The notes beneath the pieces are model-generated. The model had not been told where the DNA came from and made no database searches. It saw only the letters and a list, made by a program, of their open reading frames with translations. 64,000 bases of DNA from an uncultured Acidobacteriota bacterium (GTDB lineage Bacteria; Acidobacteriota; Thermoanaerobaculia; Multivoradales; UBA5704): positions 512,001-576,000 of the forward strand of contig OY969474.1 of NCBI GenBank assembly GCA_963700145.1, written 5' to 3'. Below, in pieces: positions 32,693 through 43,335 of the stretch; within the stretch, counting starts at the first letter, position 1; each line of letters opens with the position of its first letter. The position numbers and the translations under genes were made by a program.

Positions 32693-35600
32693 CGCAAGAG
32701 CCCCTGGACCTCGTGGTCCAACTCCGACCTGGCCTCGGCCAGGATCTGCGCGATCGCGAGGTCCTCGTCGCGCACGGCGGCGCGCGACTCCTCCATCTGG
32801 CGGGCGGTGGCGGCGATGGTGGGTGCTTCGAGGAAGCGTCGCAGCGGGATCTCGACGCCGTGGCGGCTGCGGAGGCGATTGAGCACCTGGGTGGCGAGCA
32901 GGGAGTGACCGCCGAGATCGAAGAAGCTGTCGTGGCGGCCGGCCCGTTCGATGCGCAGGACGCCCTGCCAGACCTCGGCGACGGTCTGTTCGAGCTCTGT
33001 GCGGGGGGGCTCGAAGCTGTCGGCGGCGAGCGAGTGGAGCTCGGCGGGCTTCTCCAGGGCGTGGCGGTCGATCTTGCCGCTGACCGTGCGCGGCAGCGCC
33101 GCGAGCTGGACGAAGGCGGAGGGGACCATGGGCTCGGGCAGCCGGGCGCGCAGAAACTCCCCGAGCTGCGGCAGGGCGGCGGCGGCGAAGCCGCGCAGCG
33201 GCTTGTTGGTCAGCTCGCGCCGGTGCGCGGCGGGTGGCGGGGCAGGGAGGGCTACGGGCCGGGGGAGGGAGGGGGACTGGCCGGGTGGGCGGCTCTGCAG
33301 CACCAGGTCGAACGAGCCGTTCGCCGCGGCGCCCGTCCACAGCAGCTCGACGCTATAGGGGAGCTGTGCCGTCAGGTCCCAGAGGTTGGCAGGGTCCACC
33401 CAGTCCCGGGGAGGCGGCTGCGCGAGCGCCTGGCGCAGGTCGCCCACGGTCTCGGGGGCACCGTCGCCGTCGAGCCAGGCTGCGGTGCGCAGCGCCTCGG
33501 CCAGGCGGGCGTTGGGCACGCTGGTGAAGCCGAGCGCCTCGGGGCGGCCGTCGGCCAGGTGCCGGCGCAGGCTCTCGAGGTCCATGCCGGCCGCGCGCCA
33601 GTCGCGCCAGGCGACGTCGCGGCGCGCCGGCAGTGCCGGCTCGAGCAGCAGGATGGCGTCGTACTGGAAGCGGTTGATCTCGTTGGGAGAGCGCCCGCCC
33701 TTGGGCAGGATGCGCAGATGAGCGGGGCGCGGCAGCTCGCGCACGACCTCGGCAAACAGCGCCGGGTCGATCACCAGGTCCTTGTCCTGGAGCAGGCTGT
33801 CCTCGACGCGGCGCCGCAGCTCGGCGCGGCCGAGGCGCGGATCGGCGGCCTGCGCGAGCTGCACCGAGGCATGGAAGGCGCGCAGCAGCGGCAGGCTGCG
33901 CACGCCACCGACGAAGACGGCGCCGCCGGGGGCGGTGAGGCGCACCGCCTCGGCCACGGCGTCGCGCAGGTACTGCTCGTCGGGGAAGTGCTGTGTCACC
34001 AGGTTGAAGACCACGGTGTCGAACGAGCCATCGGGCAGATCGCCGAGCTCGTGGGCGGCGCGGCGCTCGACGGCGACGCCCGGCAACGGCGGGACGAGGG
34101 AGGCAAGCCGGCGGCGCAGGAAGCCCACCGCGGTCTCGGAGATGTCCGTTGCGAGATAGCTGGCGCAGTGCGGAGCGACGCGGAACAGCAAGAGCCCCGT
34201 GCCGGCGCCGATCTCGAGCACCCGCCCAGGACGCAGGGCGAGGATGCGTGCCACGGAGTCGTCGATGCTCTCGAGCACCTCCGCCTCGGGCAGCGCGCGG
34301 TGGGTGTAGCTGCTGGTCCAGGAGCGGGTATTGATGTTGTGATCGACCGCCGAGTAGGCCGGATCGAGGGCGTAAATCTCGTCGTAGAGGCTGCGGGTCT
34401 GCGCGATGTAGTCGGTGCGCAGGCCGGCGCCGTCCCCCGGACCGAGCGAGCCCAGCGAGTCCAGTGCCACGTAGGCCACCAGGCGCAAGTCGCCCTGGCC
34501 GTAGTCGTGGGCCGCCACCGCCGCCTCCTCGACCGCCGGATGGCAGCGCAGGGCGGTCTCGATCTCGCCCAGCTCGACGCGGTTGCCGCGCACCTTGACC
34601 TGCTGGTCGCGGCGGCGCAGGAAGACGAGACTGCTGTCGGGAAGCCAGCGTCCCAGGTCGCCGGTGCGGTAGAGCCGCCCGCCGGCGCCGCCCAGCGCGT
34701 CGGGCACGAAGCTCGCCGCCGTCTCGGCCGGCCGGTCGAGATAGCCGTCGGCCAGGTGCGCGCTGCGGATGTGGATCTCGCCCGGCACCCCGCGCGGGGC
34801 CGGTTGACCGTGGCGGTCGAGCAGCACGACGTGCCGGCCCTCGAACGCACGGCCCACCGGAACCGAGGCCTGGCGGCGGTCCGCCACCAGCACCGGATGC
34901 CAGGTGGCGAGCACGGTCTCCGATGGACCGTAGAGGTTGTACAGCCGCGGCGTCGCGGGGAAGCGCTCGAGCCAGGAGGCGGCTAGCTCGCCGCGCACCG
35001 CCTCACCCGCCAGCAGCAGGGCGGCGAGAGCGGGGAAGGGGTGATTGCCATCGTCCTCGCCCAGGCTCTGCAGCAGCTGCTGCGCGAAGCTCGGCACGAC
35101 CTGCAGCAGCGTCACCTGCTCGGCGCAGAGCCAGACCGCCAGGGCCGCCGGGTCGAACCGCAGCGACGGCTCGGCCATGCACAGCGTCGCCCCGAGGCAG
35201 AGCGCGCCGAAGATCTCGCAGTAGGACGCGTCATAGCCGCACGAGGCCCACTGTGCGAAGCGCTGGTGCGGCGCGATGGCGAAGGGCTTGCCCTGGCAGA
35301 GCACGAACTGACTGAAGCTGCGGTGGGACTCGACGATCCCCTTGGGCCGGCCGGTGGAGCCGGAGGTGTAGGCGACGTAGGCGGGCTGGGCCGGGTCGAC
35401 CTCCACCAGCGGCCGGGTCGCGGGCAGCGCATCGAACCCCGCGAGGTCCACGACTGGCCAGTCGCCGCCCTCGGCGAGCGCCGGGTGCTGGCGCAACGAC
35501 GAGGCGTCGGTCAGCAGCGCGCCGGCCGAGGCCTCGGCCAGCACCTGCGCGAGCCGCGCGGTGGGCTGGCGCGGGTCGAGGCAGACAAAGGCGCAGCCGG

Positions 35601-38600
35601 CCTTGAGGACGCCGAGCAGGGCGGCGACCTGCTGCGGCGCGCTCGGCAGCAGCACCGCGACGCGGCGGGCCGCCCCCAGCCCGAGCCCGAGCAGGCCGTG
35701 GGCCACGCGGTTGGCGCGCCGGTCGAGCTCGCCGTAGCTGACCTCCACCCCCTCGCAGCTCACCGCCACCACGTCTACCTGGCGGTCCACCCAGCTCTCG
35801 AAGAGGCGGTGCAGGCAGGTGTCGGGATAGAGCTCCGGCAGCCGGTGGTCCCACTGCGCGAGCAGCTGCCGCCTCTCCTCGGCATCGAGCAGCGCAACGT
35901 CCCAGAGGCGCTGATCTGGGTCCTCCACGATCCCTTCGAGCAGCAGGACGAAATGCCGGAGCATCTGCTCGATGGTCGATCTCTCAAACAGGTCCGCCGC
36001 GTACACCCCCTGGCACTCCAGCTCCTCCTCCCCAGGCGTCTCCCACAGATTGACCGTCAGGTCGAAGGTCGACATCCGATTGTCGATCTCCCAGACGCTC
36101 CAACGGACGCCGCCGGCCCGCTGCTCTCCCTCTTGGGTCGCCGGCTGGTGGAACAGCACTTGGATGAGCGGTTGTCGGCTGAGGTCGCGCTCGGGCCGCA
36201 ACGCCTCCACCAACCGCTCGAATGGCAGGTCCTGGTGGACATAGGCCTCGAAGGTAGTCTTCTTCGTCTGTGCGAGAAGCTCCCCAAAGCGAGGATGCCC
36301 GTCGAGCTGCACGCGCAACACCAGAGTGTTGACGAAGAAGCCGATCAGGGACTCGAGCTCGGGACGGTTGCGGTTGGCGATCGGACATCCCACCGCGAAG
36401 TCGTCCTGATCGGTGTACCGATGCAGCAGCGCCTCGAAGGCGGCGAGCAGCACGATGTAGAGCGTCGCTCCCGCGCGCCGCCCCAGCTCCCTCAGCCGCG
36501 CCACCAGCTCCCCGGACAGCGGCCGCGACAGCCGACCGCCGCGGTAGCTCTGCACCGCCGGCCGCGACCGGTCTGCCACCAGCTCGAGCCCCGGCAGCCC
36601 CGCGAGCTGCCCGCGCCAGTACTCGAGCTGCCTCGCCATTTCCGCCTCGCGCCCGTGCTGCCATTCGGCGAAGTCCGCGTACTGGATCGGCAGTGCCGCG
36701 AGCGGTGACGGCGCGCCCGCCACGAACGCCGCGTAGAGCGCCAGCAACTCGCCGTAGAGCACGCCGATCGACCAGCCGTCGGCCACCACGTGATGCATCG
36801 AAAGGATCAGGACGTGGTCCTCCGGCCCCAGGCGCAGGAGGAGAGAGCGGAAGAGCGGGCCACAGGTCAGAGCGAAGGGACGGCGCACCACGCCTTCGGC
36901 AACGCGGCGTGCCTCCGCCTCGCGCGCCGCACCGGACAGATCCCTCAGCTCCAACCGCGGGAGGCGCAGCGCAGCGTAGGGGGCGATTACCTGAACCGGC
37001 TGCCCGCCGGTTGCGTCGAAGGCGGTGCGTAGCACCTCATGCCGCCGGACGATCTCGTTTAGCGCACGCTCCAACGCCGCCACGTCGAGCGAGCCCCGCA
37101 GCCGCCGCGCCGTGTGCAAGTTGTACACGGCAGAGCCGGGCGCCAACTGGTCTAGGAACCACAGACGGACCTGGGCAAACGACGGGCGGGCGCGCTCTGC
37201 GGCCGGCCAGCGAGGGGCGATCGGCAACAGCGACGGATCCAGACCCTCCCGACGAAGCAGCTCCTCCGCTTGATGCGCGGTGGCGGCGATGGTGGGTGCT
37301 TCGAGGAAGCGTCGCAATGGGATCTCGACGCCGTGGCGGCTGCGGAGGCGATTGAGCACCTGGGTGGCGAGCAGGGAGTGACCGCCGAGGTCGAAGAAGT
37401 TGTCGTGGCGGCCGGCCCGTTCGATGCGCAGGACGCCCTGCCAGACCTCGGCGACGGTCTGTTCGAGCTCTGTGCGGGGGGGCTCGAAGCTGTCGGCGGC
37501 GAGCGAGTGGAGCTCGGCGGGCTTCTCCAGGGCGTGGCGGTCGATCTTGCCGCTGACCGTGCGCGGCAGCGCCGCGAGCTGGACGAAGGCGGAGGGGACC
37601 ATGGGCTCGGGCAGCCGGGCGCGCAGAAACTCCCCGAGCTGCGGCAGGGCGGCGGCGGCGAAGCCGCGCAGCGGCTTGTTGGTCAGCTCGCGCCGGTGCG
37701 CGGCGGGTGGCGGGGCAGGGAGGGCTACGGGCCGGGGGAGGGAGGGGGACTGGCCGGGTGGGCGGCTCTGCAGCACCAGGTCGAACGAGCCGTCCGCCGC
37801 GGCGCCCGTCCACAGCAACTCGACATCGTAGGGGAGCTGCGCCGCCAGGTCCCAGAGGTCGGCGGGATCGACCCAGGCCTGGGGCACCGGCTCGGCGAGC
37901 ATCTCGCGCAGGCCTCCCACGGCCTCGGGGGCACCGTCGCCGTCGAGCCAGGCCGCGGTGCGCAGCGCCTCGGCCAGGCGCGCGTTGGGCACGCCGGTGA
38001 AGCCGAGCGCCTCGGGGCGGTCGTCGACCAGGTGCCGGCGCAGGCTCTCGAGGTCCATGCCGGCGCGCCAATCGCGCCAGGCGACGTCGCGGCGCAGCGG
38101 CTGCGCCGGCTCGAGCAGCAGGATGGCGTCGTACTGGAAGCGGTTGATCTCGTTGGGGGAGTGCCCGCCCTTGGGCAGGACGCGCAGATGAGCGGGGCGC
38201 GACAGCTCGCGCACGACCTCGGCAAACAGCGCCGGGTCGATCACCAGGTCCTTGTCCTGGAGCAGGCTGTCCTCGACGCGGCGCCGCAGCTCGGCGCGGT
38301 CGAGGCGCGGGTCGGCGTGCGCGAGCTGCACCGAGGCGTGGAAGGCCCGCAGCAGCGGCAGGCTGCGCACGCCGCCGACGAAGACGGCGCCACCGGGAGC
38401 GGTAAGGCGCACCGCCTCGGCCACGGCCTCGCGCAGGTACTGCTCGTCGGGGAAGTGCTGCGTCACGAGATTGAAGACCACGGTATCGAACGAGCCGGCG
38501 GGCAGATCGCCGAGCTCGTGGGCGGCGCGGCGCTCGACGGCGACGCCCGGCAGCGGCGTCGCGAGCGCAGCGAGCCGGCGGCGCAGGAAGCCCACCGCGG

Positions 38601-41600
38601 TCTCGGAGATGTCCGTTGCGAGATAGCTGGCGCAGTGCGGAGCGACACGGAACAGCAGCAGCCCGGTGCCGGCGCCGATCTCGAGCACCCGACGGGGGCG
38701 TAGGGCGAGGATGCGCTCGACCGAGTCCTCGATACTCTCGAGCACCTCCGGCTCGGGCAGGGCGCGGTGCGTGTAGCTGCTGGTCCAGGAACGGGTGTTG
38801 ATATTGCCGTCGACCGCGGAATAGGCCGGATCGAGGGCGTAGATCTCGTCGTAGAGGCTGCGGGTCTGCTCGATGTAGTCGGCGCGCAGGCCGGCGCCGT
38901 CCCCCGGACCGAGCGAGCCCAGCGGGTCCAGCGCCACGTAGGCCACCAGACGCAGGTCGCCCTGGCCGTAGTCGTGGGCCGCCACCGCCGCCTCCTCGAC
39001 CGCTGGGTGGCAGCGCAGGGCGGTCTCGATCTCGCCCAGTTCGACGCGGTTGCCGCGCACCTTGACCTGCTGGTCGCGGCGGCGTAGGAAGACGAGACTG
39101 CCGTCGGGAAGCCAGCGTCCCAGGTCGCCGGTACGGTAGAGCCGCCCACCGGCACCGCCCAGCGCGTCGGGCACGAAGCTCGCCGCCGTCTCGGCCGGCC
39201 GGTCGAGATAGCCGTCGGCCAGGTGCGCGCTGCGGATGTGGATCTCGCCCGGCACCCCGCGCGGGGCCGGTTGGCCATGGCGGTCGAGCAGCACGACGTG
39301 CCGGCCCTCGAACGCACGGCCCACCGGAACCGAGGCCTGGCGGCGGTCCGCCACCAGCACCGGATGCCAGGTGGCGAGCACCGTCTCCGACGGACCGTAG
39401 AGGTTGAACAGGCGCGGCGTCGTGGGGAAGCGCTCGCGCCAAGAGATGGCCAGCTCGCCGCGCACTGCCTCGCCCGCCAGCAGCAGGGCGGCGAGAGCCG
39501 GGAAGGGATGACCGCCGCCGCCATCGCCCAGGCTCTGCAGGAGCTGCTGCGCGAAGCTCGGCACGACCTGCAGCAGCGTCACCTGCTCGGCGCAGAGCCA
39601 GACCGCCAGGGCCGCCGGGTCGAACCGCAGCGACGGCTCGGCCATGCACAGCGTCGCCCCGAGGCAGAGCGCGCCGAAGATCTCGCAGTAGGACGCGTCA
39701 TAGCCGCACGAGGCCCACTGTGCGAAGCGCTGGTGCGGCGCGATGGCGAAGGGCTTGCCCTGGCAGAGCACGAACTGACTGAAGCTGCGGTGGGACTCGA
39801 CGATCCCCTTGGGCCGGCCGGTGGAGCCGGAGGTGTAGGCGACGTAGGCGGGCTGGGCCGGGTCGACCTCCACCAGCGGCCGGGTCGCGGGCAGCGCATC
39901 GAACCCCGCGAGGTCCACGACTGGCCAGTCGCCGCCCTCGGCGAGCGCCGGGTGCTGGCGCAACGACGAGGCGTCGGTCAGCAGCGCGCCGGCCGAGGCC
40001 TCGGCCAACACCTGCGCGAGCCGCGCGGTGGGCTGGCGCGGGTCGAGGCAGACGAAGGCGCAGCCGGCCTTGAGGACGCCGAGCAGGGCGGCGACCTGCT
40101 GCGGCGCGCTCGGCAGCAGCACCGCGACGCGGCGGGCCGCCCCCAGCCCGAGCCCGAGCAGGCCGTGGGCCACGCGGTTGGCGCGCCGGTCGAGCTCGCC
40201 GTAGCTGACCTCCACCCCCTTGCAGCTCACCGCCACCACGTCTGCCTGGCGGTCGGCCCAGCTCTCGAAGAGGCGGTGCAGGCAGGTGTCGGGATAGAGC
40301 TCCGGCAGCCGGTGGTCCCACTGCGCGAGCAACTGCCGCGTCTCCTCGGCATCGAGCAGCGCAATCTCCCAGAGGCGCCGCTCCGGGTCCGCGACGATGC
40401 CCTCAAGCAGCAGGACGAAGTGCCGCAGCATCTGCTCGACCGTCGACCCCTCGTAGAGGTCCGCCGCGTACACCCCCTGGCACTCCAGCTCCTCCTCCCC
40501 AGGCGTCTCCCACAGATTGACCGTCAGGTCGAAGGTCGACATCCGATTGTCGATCTCCCAGACGCTCCAGGTGAGGCCCGCGGTTTGCCGTTCCTCCTGC
40601 GAAACGGACTGGAGGTGGAACAGCACCTGGACGAGCGGCTGACGGCTGAGGTCGCGCTCGGGCCGCAACGCCTCCACCAGCCGCTCGAACGGCAGGTCCT
40701 GGTGAGCGTAGGCCTCGAAGGTGGTCTTCTTGACCTCGTCGAGGAGCTCGGCGAACCGCGGGTGCCCCGCGAGCTGCGCGCGCAGGACGAGCGTGTTGAC
40801 GAAGAAGCCGATCAGGGGCTCGAGCTCGGGACGGTTGCGGTTGGCGATTGGACATCCCACCGCGAAGTCGTCCTGATCGGTGTACCGATGCAGCAGCGCC
40901 TCGAAGGCGGCGAGCAGCACGATGTAGAGCGTCGCTCCCGCGCGCCGCCCCAGCTCCCTCAGCCGCGCCACCAGCTCCCCGGACAGCGGCCGCGACAGCC
41001 GGCCGCCGCGGTAGCTCTGCACTGCCGGCCGCGAGCGGTCCGCCACCAGCTCCAGCCCGGGCAGCCCCGCGAGCTGCCCGCGCCAGTAGTCGAGCTGCGC
41101 CGCCATCTCCGCCTCGCGCCCGTGCTGCCACTCGGCGAAGTCCGCGTACTGGATCGGCAGCTCCCGGAGCGGTGACGGCGCGCCCACGACGAACGCCGCG
41201 TAGAGCGCCAGAAGCTCGCCGTACAGCACGCCGATCGACCAGCCGTCGGCCACGACGTGGTGCATTGCCAGGATCAGGACGTGGTCGTCCACCGCCAAGC
41301 GCAGCAGCAGAGGTCGGAACAACGGCCCGCGGCTCAGCGCGAAGGGACGCCGCACCGCGCCTTCGGCGACCCGCCGCGCCTCCGCCTCGCGCGCCCTGGC
41401 CGGGAGCCCCCAGAGGTCGAACCGCGGCAGGCGCAGCGCCGCGTGCGGCGCGACCACCTGCACCGGCTGCCCGCCGGTTGCATCGAACGCGGTGCGCAGG
41501 ACCTCGTGGCGCCGCACCACCTCGTCGAGGGCACGCTCCAACACCGCCACGTCGAGCGAGCCCCGCAGACACCGCGCCGTGTGCAGGTTGTACACCGGCG

Positions 41601-41805
41601 AGCCCGGCGCCAACTGATCCAGGAACCACAGACGGATCTGGGCAAAGGACGCCCGAGCACGCTCCCCGCCCGACTCCCGCCGCGGAATCGGCAGCAGCGA
41701 CGGATCCAGCCCCTCCCGACGCAGCAGCTCCTCCAGCAGGCGGCGCTTGTCGCCGGCAAGAGCGCTCGGGGTCGTCGGCGTTCGGTTGGTGAGCTCGCCG
41801 CGCAT
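32689..41805 (-). CDS. Bimodular NRPS (C-A/MT-T)x2, methyltransferase inserted between A8 and A9
   Basis: ATG 41805 in a TGATG overlap; C HHVVADGWS twice; A code about DACQLALLAK twice; SAM motif VLEIGAGTGLLL twice; T GGHSL twice. Confidence 0.93.
32804..41734. repeat. Tandem direct duplication of a ~4.47 kb NRPS module (copies about 32804-37267 and 37277-41734)
   Basis: Matching anchors offset by 4467-4473 nt (gcggtggcggcgatggtgggtgcttcg at 32804 and 37277; ctcctcc at 37261 and 41728); long near-identical stretches in the A and T regions. Confidence 0.95.
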
Positions 41806-43319
41806 CAAGACAGTTCCCGCACCCAACGACCCGCGCTCGCGCTGAACAGCTCCCGGGCGGCCTCGATGTCGGTGCTCATCACCCGGTCCTCTTCCAGGAA
41901 CGGGATACGCGCGCGCAGCTCGCGGAATACCTCTTCGGTGGCCGGCGAAAGCCGCAGTGGCTCGTTGAGATCGATGGCCTGGCAGGCGGTCATCAGCTCG
42001 ATGCTCATGACGTACTCGCAGTTGTCGAGGATCTGAGCCAGCTTGTGGGCGGAGGTCCCGCCCATGCTGACGTGGTCCTCCTGGAGCTGGCAGGTGGGAA
42101 TCGTGTCGACGCAGGCCGGCGTGGAGAGGACTTTGTTCTCGTTGACCAGCGCGGCCGACGTGTACTGGGAGATCATGAGCCCGGAGTTGATCCCTGGCCG
42201 CTTCACCAGGAAACTCGGTAGGCCGCGCTGTCCCGACAGGAGCTGATACGTCCGCCGCTCGGAAATGCTCGCCAGCTCGCTGATCGCCATGCAGGCAAAG
42301 TCGAGCACCAGCGCCGTCGACTCGCCGTGCAGGTTGCCGCCGAACAGAACCTCGTCCTGCTCGGGGAAGAACAGTGGGTTGTCGGAGACGCTGTTGCACT
42401 CCCGCTCGACCACCTCGCGGGCGAAGCCGACGGCTTGGCGTATGGCGCCGTGGATCTGGGGAATGCAGCGGAAGGAGTAGGGGTCCTGCATCGACTGGTT
42501 GCAGGTCGGCAGCTCGAAGTGGTTGCTTCCCGCCAGCAGCGAGCAGAGGTTGCCCGCCACCACCCGGCGCTCTTCGTGGAGAGAGGTGGTGTGGTAGAGC
42601 GGGTGATAGAAGGTGCGCGAGGCGCTGAACGCTTGGATGCTCAGTGCCGCCAGCAGGTCGGCGGCCTTGGACAGCAGCGCGCCGCGATCCAGGGCGTGGG
42701 CGGCCCAGCCGTTGATGTACTGCACGCCGTTGGTCAGGGCCAGACCCTCCTTGGGCCGCAGGCGCAAAGGCTCCCAACCCATGGCGGGCAGTACGTCACG
42801 GGCATCCTCGACGCGGCCTTGGAAGTGGACTCGCCCCAGTCCCAGCAGCGGCAACGCCATATGGGCCAGGGGCGCCAGATCGCCGCTGGCGCCGACGGTT
42901 CCCTTCTTCGGGATCGCCGGGATCACGCCGCGGTTCCAGTGCTCCAGCAGGCGCTCGACGGTCGGTCGCGAGATGCCGGTGTGACCGCTGCGGAAGGTGA
43001 GGAGCTTCACCAGCAGGACGAGGCGCGAGATCCTCTCGGGCACCAGCTCTCCGACCCCGCAGGCGTGGGACACCACGTGGTTGTACTGCAGCCGCTCCAT
43101 CTCCCCCGCCGGGACCCGGGTCTCGCAGAGCGAGCCGAAGCCGGTGTTGACGCCGTAGAGGTAACGGTCCTCCGCGGCCTTGGCGTCGACGAAGCGGGCA
43201 CCGCCGTCGATGCTGTCGGCGACCTCCGGGGAGAGCCGCAGCTCGGGCGGGTCCTCGGCGAGGCGGCAGAGCTCGTCGATCGAGTAGCGATGCAGATCGA
43301 TGAGATGAGTCGTGGCCAT
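41805..43319 (-). CDS. MIO-dependent ammonia-lyase/aminomutase with histidine ammonia-lyase signature
   Basis: ATG 43319; YGVNTGFGSLC, VSHACG, GTVGASGDL (MIO ASG at 42882-42890), QDPYSFRCIPQ and LQEDHVSMG (QED, HAL type). No other hut genes in the window. Confidence 0.85.
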   Translation of the reverse strand: MATTHLIDLHRYSIDELCRLAEDPPELRLSPEVADSIDGGARFVDAKAAEDRYLYGVNTGFGSLCETRVPAGEMERLQYNHVVSHACGVGELVPERISRLVLLVKLLTFRSGHTGISRPTVERLLEHWNRGVIPAIPKKGTVGASGDLAPLAHMALPLLGLGRVHFQGRVEDARDVLPAMGWEPLRLRPKEGLALTNGVQYINGWAAHALDRGALLSKAADLLAALSIQAFSASRTFYHPLYHTTSLHEERRVVAGNLCSLLAGSNHFELPTCNQSMQDPYSFRCIPQIHGAIRQAVGFAREVVERECNSVSDNPLFFPEQDEVLFGGNLHGESTALVLDFACMAISELASISERRTYQLLSGQRGLPSFLVKRPGINSGLMISQYTSAALVNENKVLSTPACVDTIPTCQLQEDHVSMGGTSAHKLAQILDNCEYVMSIELMTACQAIDLNEPLRLSPATEEVFRELRARIPFLEEDRVMSTDIEAARELFSASAGRWVRELS

Positions 43320-43335
43320 GAGCCCTGAGCTCCGT

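Noticed and set aside
41805-43319. Plain catabolic hutH annotation
   Set aside because: Sits inside the biosynthetic operon with no other hut genes, so the symbol was withheld; lyase activity is not excluded.
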